Part shown: positions 48,001-59,897 of the stretch, piece by piece
Layout: each line of letters begins with the position of its first letter
Position numbering within the stretch: position 1 is the first letter of the stretch
Assembly (NCBI GenBank): GCA_002269645.1
Contig: NIVC01000392.1
Coordinates: 310,001 to 374,000 of the forward strand
Length of the DNA stretch: 64,000 bases
From: Macrostomum lignano
Lineage: Eukaryota
Direction: 5' to 3'
The notes under the pieces: generated by a model
The model's database searches: none
What the model was told of the DNA's origin: nothing
The model's input: the letters and a program-made list of their open reading frames with translations, nothing else
Position numbers and translations under genes: made by a program

Positions 48001-51000
48001 AAGGAATATGAAACTGTGGGCGTCAACCAAAAGCCTTCGATAGATTCAGCTTCAACCTGCTGTGAATGCGAAATCGACGATGCCTGTGCTCAGACTGACG
48101 AAGAAAAGAAGAGTGAGATGCATGATTCGATTGCTCAGTATGAGTTGTCTATGGAATTCGAAAGCATTCAAACCCAGATTGATACCACAGACGCTGAGAA
48201 TGAGTACGACCAAGGCGAAGAGGGCGAAGAGGAGCCTGTGCCGACAACTCATGCACAATGTCAGACACGCAACGATATGAAATGCTTCGGTACAAGTTTC
48301 GATAGCGTCGCCATGCACGAGGCTTGCGTTAAAGCAGCCGAGCCAGTGCCAGAGAAGACTGACGCGTCAACACAGAGTGTTGTTCAGTGCCAAATGGAGA
48401 GCTCGTCGGGCACTGTTAACTATATGGAAGACTATGGTAGCCAAGTTGATCTGGTGACCAATAGCATCGCTACGCAAGTTGAGAAGCAAGCAACGACTGA
48501 ATCAGCTATTCAGATCAAACTTGAAAAGACTACCGAAGTGACTGAGTTTGGAACCCAATCAAGAAGCTTTATGGTGGATTCATCGAGTCAAATTTTAGTT
48601 GGCACGACCGATAGTTTCACGCAGAGTAAAGAGGTAGATAAATCCAGTATTGGCGTCACTGCTGACTTTTCTAAGGCGCCAGAATGCTCCGAAATTGGTA
48701 CACAGTCGAGAAGCTTTATGACTGAAGAAGGCTCTCAGCTCTCCGTGCATGCAACTGAAGCGGGTACACAGTGCGAACTGTCGAATATCGAGACTGGTTG
48801 CGTAAATGTAGGCGCCGAAATGAAAACCTGCACTACTCAATGCATCTCCGAATCAAATGAATTTGGCACTCAGCATCGAATTGATGTATCCGAAGCAACT
48901 ACACAGAGCCATAGTAAGCCTGTCTGGGAGAGCTCAGTCTGTGTTAACTTGATTCAGAGAAAAGAAATGACTGATCGCGGCGCTCAGTGCCGAAACAATC
49001 TAATTGAGTCTGGCTCCCAGCATGGCTTGAAATCTGTAGACATCGACACCTTGACTATGAGCAGAAGCACTGCTGAGGCTTCCGTCACAGCGGAATACAT
49101 CGAAGAAGCAGTCGAAGTGGCAGAGGAAGCAACTCAATCACGACAGGTTATGTGTGACGAAGGGTCTCAACTGCTAGTGCAAGTAACAGACGTCTCCACC
49201 CAGTATGAGGCCGCCATCAAGTGCAACGCCGCAGTCAGAATAGCCGAGATTAAGGTTACCCAGTCGGTTGGATGTCAGAAAGAGACTCCAGTAGTCGATG
49301 AAAACGAGCAGTGCTCTACTTCGCTAACTGACTCAGGCACTCAACAGTCGTTTGAATATATCACTCAGTCCATAGTAAGTCCTCGACTTGAACAAACTAG
49401 TAGCTCCATGTCAGCCAGGTGCAGTTCAAGCGATTGCGGGACGGAAACACGTCCTCTTGGAATAGAAGCCGGCACAGAGTACTTAATGGAGAGCACTGAC
49501 TCTGGGGTCAGCAATTCTAAGAAGGCAGTTAATAGCAGCATGCAGATAGTAACTCTTATTAGTCAGAAGGACCAAGAGATCCAAACTGAGACGGAAGATA
49601 CAACAGATGGATCGGATGTAGAAGAGAAGATTGAGGAATCTAAATGCCACCACGAAACTGTAGAAATTATTGAGGAAACGACTTCAAAGTCTGAGAAGCC
49701 AGTCTACTCTGAAGGAGCATTTGTGTTAAACCACAAGCGGAAGATGCAAGCTGCCAGCATGAAGAAGAGCCATCTGTTCGCTTGGTAACATCTGTGACAC
49801 CTGCTGTGTCTGGCATGAACTTTTCTTATCAACTTCCCGTTGAGACCACCCAGACGTGTCGGGTTCCGATGATAGACTCGACGACTCAATACCAATCCGA
49901 ACTTTACGAATCATCGATGGCGTCATTCTGTTCGAAGGTCCCCATGGAAGAGCAAGGCTGTCAGACAGGTGGGGAGAGCATAAACAGTTTCGCTCGAACG
50001 CGCACCGAGATGGTTTCGACAGAGAGCTCTTACAAACTGGAGCGAGCGGAGGGCTTTGCCAGAGCATTCATTAGTACAGCTGACGCAGAAGTGAAAAAGC
50101 TACTGTTGGAATCCGAGACCATCGATATGAGCACGGAAACTGAAGTTCGAGTGAATTCAGTGCAAACATCATATGCATTGGTTCTGCAGGACGCTGGTGT
50201 TCAAATAGGTAAACAGTATGCCGACAGTGAAGTTTATGTCCAGCCTGTCGAAGAAGAAAAACCGGACCTGGCTGTGTCTGGCATCGCTGTTCGAGGACCT
50301 ACCAGCTCAGTACAGACAGCTTACGACTTGTCTTTAGATGACGCTGCTACCCAAGTGTCTACCGAGCTATTGAATTCCAGTGTGGTTGTGACGCCAACTA
50401 TCACAGAGACAACCGAAATCGAAATAGAAACGAGTTCGCACATGCAGTCTAGCGAATCCTCCTACGATCTGGATACAAATTCAATCGGCATCTTGTGTTC
50501 ATCTGAGTTAGAGAGTGTCGATACCCAAACCATAACTGATCGGAAAGATGCAGAAATGATGACGGAATCCGAAGCCAAGAAAGAATATGACAATAGCAAT
50601 ATGCAGCACGCTGAACAGAGAAACAATTTCGACGCTAGCACTGAAACTGAAATTAGGAAGCGCTCGGTTGAAAGTCAGTACATCCGCGAGCTGGCTAACA
50701 GTGAGACGCAGATTGCTAGCGAAACCTGCGATACTTCCGTCTGGGTGCAAGAGATCAAGGTAGAAACAACTAATGCCTTGACGGAAACGGCTCCGAATAT
50801 GGTAGAAGTAGAAACTAGTTACAATACTAGTATGGCGTCTGTTGATTGTCAGTCTGGCGTAGCTCACGCTAATGCCAACATCCAAGCCTTGGAAGTTCAG
50901 CCTGAGACAACAGACTCAAGCATTCAAACAATGGACGCAGACGTGAACGAATTAGCTGCGCAGACAGAGGCAGCTGCAATCTTAGAAGATGCCGTTGTGG

Positions 51001-54000
51001 CTACCAAAGTCGATACCAAATCGGACGCCTCATTCTTTTCTGTACCCCTTCAGGACGGCAGTACGCAAGCTAGTCGCGAATTTGACAGTGCCGGAGTAAA
51101 AATAGCCGAGACCCCAGTTGAAAAACTCGACGTCTCAGTAGAAACGAAAATCAATGCCAGAGAGGTGTCCGTACAAGCCTCTAGCGAATCGATGAGTGCG
51201 AACGTCTGGGCAGCAGAGGAGCCCATTGAAAAGGAAATCGCTTCAGTTCAAACGAGCAGCAGATTGGATTCGTCTGAGACGCAGTATAAGCTGCTTGTTG
51301 ATGATTATGAATGTCAGGCCTCAGAGGAGGCTGTCATCACAGTCGATTCATCCATTCGGGCTGTTGTTTCATCAGTTTCGGTGGAGACACTGTGCGAATT
51401 AGGCTTAGTTGACAGTTCCTCCCAAGCAGCCGTTGATTTAGTCGACGCTTGCGCTCGCGCTGAAGAGGAGCCTATAAAGAAATCCGAAGCTTCCTCGGAG
51501 ACTGCAGTCCGCAAGCAATCTACTGAAACTATGTACCATTTAGAGCAGCAAGATTCTTCTGTTCGAACATTCACTGAGCAGCAAGACGCTTCTGTGCAGG
51601 TAGAGTCAGAAAGAATCGAGTGTTTGGAGGCGTACACGGAAACACAGCCGAAAATGCGCGAGGTCGAAACGGATTTTACTGTCCCAGTGAACTCCGTTCA
51701 ACTTGAGGCGACCATTCCAACCAAGGATGACAACATGTCAGTCAGAGAAGCAGTTGTTAAAACTAACGATGCAGCGATCGAAACTAAAGTATCTGTGAAA
51801 TGTGTTGAAGTGCAAGCATGCCCTGACTACACCGAATCGGATGCTCAAGTTCACGAGACTGTCGCTGAAAAGGCTGAGGTCACAACTGAAACAGTGCGAA
51901 GAATGGTCTCAGTTGAGTCCTCATACTCTGTGAGCGTCCAGTCCGTGGGAACTTCTTCCACAGAAACCAGCACAAGCGACATGGCAACCCAAGTGAAAAT
52001 GAATATTTCTGATGTACAAGTCCAGACTGAGGAGGAAGTTATTAAATCTATCAACTCAAATGTGCAGATGCACGTCGATACTAACTCTTGTGAGACATCG
52101 TATAGCCTGAGAACGGTTGAAAGTTCTACTCAGGCATCTACGGAAACGGATGAATCCTTAGCGAAATTCGAAGAAGAAGTCATCGTGACAGAAAAGACTG
52201 ACGCATCCACTTCTTACAGCCTGCGAACTAGCAACAGCGAAGTTCAAGTCTCTTGCGATCATTCTGATGTAAGTGTGCAAATTGAAGAAGCAAAGATTGA
52301 AACGTGTGAAACTTCAATCAAGGCGGAAGTAAGTACAAAATCGGTGGAAACTGCGTACGTGATGAGATTAGCCGATGTGCAATCACAGGCTTCTATGGAT
52401 CAATGCGATGCAAGTGTCAGGATTGCAGAAGAGGCTGTAAAAACAGTTGAAAGCAGTTGCATGACAGAGAGAATTCTTGTTTCAACATTGTCGCTGTACC
52501 ATATCCCAACTGAGCACACTGGCTCCCTAGCATCTACAGAGTATAGTGACGGGGATGTGCAAGTTGAAGAGTGTAAAGTAGAACTTGTGGTCACTGGTAT
52601 CGCTGTTTCAACAGCGTCTGTAAGTGACAGCCAGGTTCAAACCGCTGAAGTGTATACTACCTCGAATGTTAAGGCAGTGGAGCCAGTGCCAGATAAGCTG
52701 GACGCAGCTATAGCAGCTACCGTTGAGATGAAGTCTACTGACTCATTATACTACCTCAGACTGATGGACTCCGATTCTCAGGCATCAACCCAATCAGACA
52801 ATGGGTCAGTACACGCCGAAGAGGCTATTGTTGAAAGGCTAGACGCCAGCGCTCAAATCCAGGCTGACTGTCGCACCGTTGAGACATCCTACGAAATCAG
52901 ACGGAGCGACTCGTCCTCCCAAGCATCGGTGGCCTTCGCAGATAGCATCTATATTGTAGACAAAATCGAGCAAGTTAACAGCTTTGTATTAGCAACTGAA
53001 CCGGTGAAATCTACAGCGGAGAAAGAAGTGGACGTGAAGACTCAGACTGAATCAACTAACATGAGGCACCAAGTGCCTTCTCTCGATGGTTTTGTTCAAC
53101 CATTAACTGAGTATTGCGACTCCGACACTTTTATTGAAGAAGTGATTGAAGAGATCCGAAAGCCTAAAGAGGAAGCGAAAATGAAATCAAAAACTGTGGC
53201 CAGCTTCTATGAGGTTCGAGTTGAGAGCAGAAGCGCGCAAGCTTCAACCGAAACTGATGAAGTCACTGTGTTGCACCGAGAGCTCAAGCCTGACCTTATT
53301 AATAGTGATATCAAAGTCTCTGCTTCTACAAAGACCGCAGACGCGCAGTACGGTTTGCGGTTGAGCGACGGAGAAGCACAGGCTTGCATTGAACTGTGTA
53401 ATTCAAACATGAAGTTCGAAGAAAAGATCATAGCGATCGAAAAGTTGGATGCCGCCACACTTTGCACCGGTCCGACAATGGAGCAAGGTGGTGTTAGAGC
53501 TACTCCATCTACAAAGGCCACAGACTGTCAGTACGGTTTGAGACTGAGCGATGGACAGACACAAGTTTCCAACGAGCTATGTAATGCTAATATCCAAATC
53601 GAAGAGAAGATTGCTGTGATTGAAAAGTTGGATGCTGCTACTCTCTGCACCGGGCCAAGAGTGGAGCACAAAGCAGTCCACATGTCAACGCAACAACTCG
53701 ATCAGAGCATCCAAGCAACGGAAGAAAGGCCTCAACAAGTGGAGAGTGGAATTAAGGCCAGTGTAGTGACAGCAACTGATTCTGGAGTGCAAGTTTCCGC
53801 TTCAGTCTCAAATGCAAACGTTCAGTTTGCAGAAGAGATTGTGGTTATAAAAAAATGTGACGCAGCAACGACATATAGCCGTCCAACTGGCGAGAGAGAG
53901 GTGCAAGTTTCGAGTGATCAATGTCACGCAAACGTGCAAGTTCACGAAGCAGCAATCGAAACTGGCGAGGCTTCAGTCAAGGCAGCAATTAGTACAAAAT

Positions 54001-57000
54001 CTGTTGAAACAGAGTACACTTTAAGACTGATAGAGAAGAACTCTCAGGCGTCGATGGATGTGGACAATGCGAATGTCAGGATCGCTGAAGAATCCATAGA
54101 GACAGCAGAAAGCAGCTTTAAGTCACAGAGCAGCCTCGTGTCCACCTCATCCCTGTACAATATCCGTACTGAGCACAGTGAAGTTCAGGCATCCAAGGAA
54201 TTCACTGAGACAGTAACACATGTGCAGGAAGCCAAAACTGAGGTTGCTGTTAGCGGAATCAGCGCTGCAGTCAGCACGGAGACAGTTGAAACAGGATACT
54301 CTATCAGATTAGCTGACGCACAGAGCCAAGCATCAGCTGACACAAGCGAGACAAGCGTCCAAATCTCAGAAGAGTCTGTCGAGACAGACGAATACAGTTT
54401 CAAGACGCAGAATAGTCTGATTTCAACTTCGTCACTCTATGCTATCAGAACAGAACACAGCCAATCTCAAGCGTCGAAGGAGTTTATCGATGGAGCCGTT
54501 CAAGTCCAGGAAGCTAAAATCGAAGTAGTTGATAGCGGAATAAAAATTTCAACAGAATCGCACGAGGCCTGCGCTATCTTTAAGGAAGAGGTTGCCAAAG
54601 CGCAGGATACTCGAGAAGTACAGGCGTCATTTGAGAAGCTCGATGACCATGTTTACGTTAAGGAATCGAAGACACAAACAGTCCAAAGTGAAGTTAAAGC
54701 AGCAGTTGATACCAAATCTGTCGACACTTCTTACGGCCTTCGCCTATCTGACAAGGAGGTTCAAGCTTCCAGAGAATATTGCGAAGTTGATGTAAAAATC
54801 AAGGAAGAGGCAACTGTCAAGAAGACATCGGATGCTTCGACCTTATACAGTCTGCGCACAGAGCACGTAGAAGCGCAGGCTTCAAAGGTCTATCAAGACG
54901 ACAGCCTGCAAATAAAAGAAGCGATGGTTGAGTCAGTTGACGGAGAAGTCAAGTCTGAAGTGAGCGCCCGGTCAACAGAGACACTATATTCCTTGAGACT
55001 GGCTGATCAAAGCTCACAGGCTTCAATGGAGCTAAACAACTCGAGCGTCAAAATTACGGAGGAAGTTGTGGAGACTCGAGAGAATAGTTTTAAAACACAA
55101 AGCAGCTTGAGATCAACTCATTCTTTGTACAACATCCGCACAGAGCACAGTGCGTCTCAAATTTCTCGCCAGTTTGTAGATGCAAACGTGCAAGCGAGAG
55201 AGTTATCAAGGGTTTCTATGATTCCAGGCAGTATGAAAGCTCGCGCAGTGTCAGTCGTCAGCAGTCAGATGAAAACGGCAGTTAAACTGACAGACTCGTG
55301 GGTAAATGTTTCTTCATCCAGGGCAGGTTTCAGACCAGAGGCCCAGAGCAGGGCGACTCAAATCGATCAGGGTGATTTCATTGAGATTGAAGAATTTCCC
55401 ATGCAGCAAACGACTCAAAGATTTGAGCATGCCATTCCAACGGTCAATGAGTCTAGTCAAACAGACGAAATCGAGTTTGAAACATCCGGGCGCCCTGTAC
55501 AGCATCCACACCTAGAAGACGTTGGAGCAACATTTGTACCAGACTCCAGGGCAGTCAGCTGTCAAATGACTGTGCCTGTTGTAGAGAACGGAATCTTCCG
55601 CAACACGTCCAGCCGCACACTTTCAACTCAAGTCGAGTTTTTCGATGTTCCGGACGGCGCCCCTCGATCTCCGAGTGTTCGAAGCAGTCACCGCCACAGT
55701 CACAGTCATTCAGTTTCTAGAGACACAGGCAGCCTTCTTGAGATCGTGTCTAAAAACCAAATTATACGATGCGCGCCAAATTCTGCCAATGCTCTGGTGG
55801 TAACCTCGTCGCGAGCGAAAGACTCCGGTTCAATTCACTTTCCTCGCGAAGAGGACAGCGAGCAAATCCAGGAGCAACAACTGACAGGTGCTCAAACCTC
55901 CGAGCTATTCCCGCCGCGTCACGGCTTCGTGGTAACCGGAGCCAAGTCGAGTCTGTCAGAGGAGGCTCAGGTCAGACAGGAGGTCGCTAGGCGTGGCACT
56001 TCCAGCGGTACGGATACGCACGGTCTGGTTGATTCCGCGCACAAGCAAATCCGAGTTCGACCTGATTACTACGATGCCAATGTAAGAAGCGCGTATCCGA
56101 CTGAGCTTCCAATGCAGCAGCAGCAGCAGCAGCAGCAGCAGCCCAGGCGGACTCTTGAAGCGGCGTTTGCCATGACTGATACAGACGTGATTGATCGCGT
56201 CAGATCCAGCGCCTCTCCGCAGCTGCGCTTGGCCCTGCTGCAGATGCTTCGGCCAGCAACAAGCGACGCGTCGACGGATGCCAAGTTGATTGGAGCGGAG
56301 CAGCAGCAGCAGCAGGAGCCGGAAATGCTGCAACAATTGCAACAACAGTACCAACAACCAATCCAACGAACTCAGGCGCCTTCGACATCATACGTGCAGC
56401 GACAAAACATGGAGACTAGCAGCCAGACGGACCGGCTTACGGAGGCCGATTTTGAGGCTTGGGCGTCGCAGAGTCTTGGCAGAAAAGTCCGCATTAGTCT
56501 TGAGACGCCAGAAGAGTCGCGGTGAGCGCTTTAACGTCTTTTGGGTGCTTTGGGGGAAGCATTGGTTTGAAGTATTTTGCAGTAAAATATCGAATCAAAT
56601 TAGAAAGCTGTATAAGAAAAATCATAAATGAGCCTCAATTTTTGAATTTCACCGAACCGCGGCACCGTCTAGCCGGCTTGAAATGCTGTACGGCCCAAGC
56701 GGTAGCCCAGACCATCTACCGAGGAGTTGGTAATTAGTTAATCTAGATTTTAGATATCACTATATCCATTTTTCTATCCAATTTCTATATAATTGGCGTA
56801 AATTCAAGTTAAAGTATATAGCTTAAAAACTTTTCCTTCACTATTTTTTCAATTACTATCACACCCAATCTTTTTATGCTACTAATAACGTGAAACTGTC
56901 TCAAAACTCAATGGCTTACTAAACATGTGTGTAGCTTGTCATTTCCGCTGCTGAAAATCTGAAACAAAAAAATTCTTCATTCGACTGGCTCTCCATCCCT

Positions 57001-57227
57001 CTTGATTCAGGCCGCAGCAGCAGCAGCTTCAGCGAATTGTCGAGACGGACATCGAACGCGTTGTTGATCCGGAGAGCAAGCTGCCCATGAAGCCGGGTGT
57101 GGCTATTCGACTCAAAATTCTGTCGGCAGACTGCGGCCAGTATAAATTAGCCGATGGTACTTTCATCTCCGCCGCGGAAGCTGTAGATCGCGGCTTCATC
57201 CAGCTGAGGTCGAGTCGGAAGCAGTGA
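24049..57227 (+). CDS. Giant plakin-family cytolinker, ~8,660 aa (plakin domain with SH3, huge repetitive rod, C-terminal plectin-like repeat)
   Basis: Exons 24049-24099, 25006-25128, 25230-25346, 28071-28433, 29392-29630, 30989-31426, 31914-39731, 39894-56521, 57011-57227. Phases are consistent once four 1-nt deletions are corrected (25,998 nt). Plakin hallmarks: HTRNASDYHQFF, LLCPF...EGTELTLLDNSDSLLWRV...VPSIMLWLPPPD..A..LA.KLE (SH3 insert in spectrin repeat). The C-terminus VVDPESKLPMKPGVAIRLKIL...GQYKLADGTFISAAEAVDRGFI resembles plectin repeats. No CH actin-binding domain is seen. The start codon is the least certain part. Confidence 0.82.
24188..24935. repeat. ~20-21-bp minisatellite with TTACCTGTTAGA core, plakin intron 1
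   Basis: ttttacctgttagactggg variants grade into ttacctgttagactcgaactg. Confidence 0.93.
25375..28035. repeat. (CTACT)n pentamer satellite interrupted by CAGAT/CATAT/CATTT units, plakin intron 3
   Basis: ~2.6 kb of 5-bp periodicity with higher-order duplications. Confidence 0.98.
28445..29350. repeat. 42-bp minisatellite (GATTGGCTAGATTAGCAATCCATTCTATTCCTTTATCAATAT), ~21 copies, plakin intron 4
   Basis: Direct periodicity; gives the spurious 14-aa repeat ORF on the minus strand. Confidence 0.97.
29707..30620. repeat. 21-bp minisatellite (CCCCAATTATTGAATCGGATT), ~43 copies with a decayed tail to ~30960, plakin intron 5
   Basis: Direct periodicity; gives the spurious IESDSPI / LLNRIPQ ORFs. 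Confidence 0.97.
31543..31800. repeat. Degenerate (ATCA)n / AATC-rich tract, plakin intron 6
   Basis: Repeated atcaatca. Confidence 0.8.
31914..39731 (+). CDS. Giant exon A of the plakin (7.8 kb): QYxLFxSDKD repeats, then 12 DSSGQY repeats
   Basis: Acceptor ttccgcag at 31913 (phase 2). ORFs 31894-38031 and 38028-39821 join by a 1-nt deletion near 37960-37965. Candidate donor GTTAGT at 39732. Confidence 0.8.
39894..56521 (+). CDS. Giant exon B of the plakin (16.6 kb): 39-aa, GCP-motif, Cys-rich 125-aa and degenerate ~40-aa repeats; polyQ near the end
   Basis: Acceptor ctttcttatcag at 39893. ORFs 39906-40739, 40721-46213, 46312-49788 and 49782-56525 join by 1-nt deletions at ~40704, ~46206 and ~49720. 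Donor GTGAGC at 56522 (phase 2). Confidence 0.8.
57011..57227 (+). CDS. Terminal plakin exon encoding a plectin-repeat-like module
   Basis: Acceptor cttgattcag, phase 2 matching the upstream donor; translates PQQQQLQRIVETDIERVVDPESK...AAEAVDRGFIQLRSSRKQ*. Absent from the ORF track because it has no start codon. Confidence 0.8.
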
Positions 57228-57993
57228 AATACGCTTTGACAACTCTATTAACCCGACGCTAAAATGATTGCAAATTCATTCATGCTTATTGTTGATTAAC
57301 TATTGCCGATTCTATTTAACACGACTTATTTTGGACCTCATTTTTTCGGGTCAAGGTACAATTTATTTTGTTATTATTTGTGTTTTACGGTTGGGTTGGA
57401 CTAAGAATTTTGTAGACAAAAAATGACATTTTCGTTATTTGGACCCACGACAACAATTTTAAATGATTCTATGTTAAGGAAAACTACAATGCGCATGTAG
57501 TGCGAGAAGATTATAGTATCCGATCAACCAATTAAAAAGATTAAAACGTCAATACTTCTTAGTCCAGTTGACCGAACAACTTAACCCAAGATTTGTTATA
57601 AACTACTCCTTACTGAAAACTAAAATTTTTATTCGCTACTCATATGCTGTCTACCTGTGTAAACCATTATTAATATATCGCTTTGATATGCAGTATTCAG
57701 TGTTAAGTTATGTAAGCCTGACTTTAAGCTCATTTGTATTTGGTGTATTGGTTTAGCCTGGATTGTGAGAACCATATAGTAAACGTATTTTTGTTATTTA
57801 TAACCCACCAAAAGTCGTTTAAAGCCTCATTGATAACCTCAATTCATTAACTAATATCTCATTCTGCGTCATTTCGATATTTGTTTAAAACTGTTTAAAA
57901 ATAAAAATTTATCACTGATTAGTACTATATGAGCTAATAAGACATTTTAAGTGCATTTTTGTCTGTTGTTTTAATCACAATATACTAAATCTC

Positions 57994-58545
<552 letters not shown>

Positions 58546-59897
58546 GGTATTTCAGTCTACAGCCTGAATGACTGAACCGATTTTTTTCAAACTCGCTTAT
58601 TCAATAGAAATTCTTGTGAAATAATAGCTCATTGTATCACCAAGTACTTTAAAATGTTCTTCTTGGGCCAGTAGAAAAACGTTCTGTATTTTAGTGATGC
58701 ACAAGAGTAGCTTACTGTAACTGTAGCCTAGCGTACGTGCATTTTTGCACGCCCACGATTCAGAAATAAAGATGAAACTGTTAAACGGTTTTGCACCAGC
58801 TTTGATGAGGGCAGCGCTCATTGAGGTCTGCAGTCGCATCGTGGCAAGATCACTGCTCATCAATAAAACAAATCGTACACTGATTCAAGCATTTATAGCT
58901 GGTAGATACAAAAGTACAATAATTTATCTTGCACAAGTAATCCAGAAAAAGCATCGCATCGCAACTGGGTTATTATGAAGACACAAAATCAAATCCATAT
59001 TTTGTCAATTTTACGGGTTTTTTATGAAACAAACAAAGAAATAGCTCTCGTGGAACACCAAAAGTTGCGAGGAGGAAGTGTTAAGAGGGGATCAAATTAT
59101 AGAGGGAGGGTGCTTGTAGGAGGACAGAAAGAGTACAAGAGTGCAAATGACAAATCAAAAGACGAGAAGATCGAGCAATATATGCCTATTATTTTTTTGT
59201 TACTAATAAAGTGCCTGATGGATCGCATACATCTGTACCGACTGAAGTTCAGAGAGAATCTACAATCATCCAAAAGGCATTGACCAGCTGCCCAGTTGTG
59301 ATAGCAATCGACAAAAATTACGAATTTTAATCAAGGAGAAAAGGCGCGAGAGCGATAAAGTGAATAGCAAATGAACGAGAGGCAAGCAGACAGAGCTAAA
59401 CAGAGAGTTATTCTCAAGCCGTACAAAAGAATTTTAGGAATTTAATCGGGTGTCTATTGCTTGTTGCATGCTTAAGTCCCCAGAGAGATGTCTGGGTCTC
59501 CTAGATACAGCTATAGCTCAAAATCTCCATTGCAATTCGTGAGCATACCGGGGGTTAACGTCTGACGGTTTTTAGAGGCTCTGCGGAAACCCTTTATTGC
59601 GACAATGCTCCGCCCAAGGACCGTCTACCCATGACTCAAAGGTTGTACAGTGGTCCTTGGTGAGAAGACGTCCGACTTTCGTCCGATCTTTATCAAAAAA
59701 ACAGATTTTCATTTATAGATCGAGTCACTTTCACAATCTCTTAACGACCAAAAGTTACTTTTTCAACTACTTTTTGTCTTGATTTAAATGAGATTTGGAG
59801 TCAAAATAGATGTCAAATGTATAAATTGCACTACGAAACCGTCTTGATTGTGTGCCACCCCGTCGTGTATCACTGAGCGCTTGTCTGTAATTCATGA

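Noticed and set aside
24049-57227. Giant ORFs as a secreted adhesive or mucin protein
   Set aside because: No signal peptide is seen; they splice in phase to cytoplasmic plakin-domain exons and a plectin-like terminal exon.
58597-59283. Short ORFs of 77-102 aa on both strands
   Set aside because: No recognisable motifs or consistent splice structure.
59540-59700. Possible hammerhead ribozyme (CTGACGG...GAAA) and a 9-bp stem CCAAGGACC/GGTCCTTGG
   Set aside because: The core deviates from CUGANGA and stem II cannot be formed; insufficient support.
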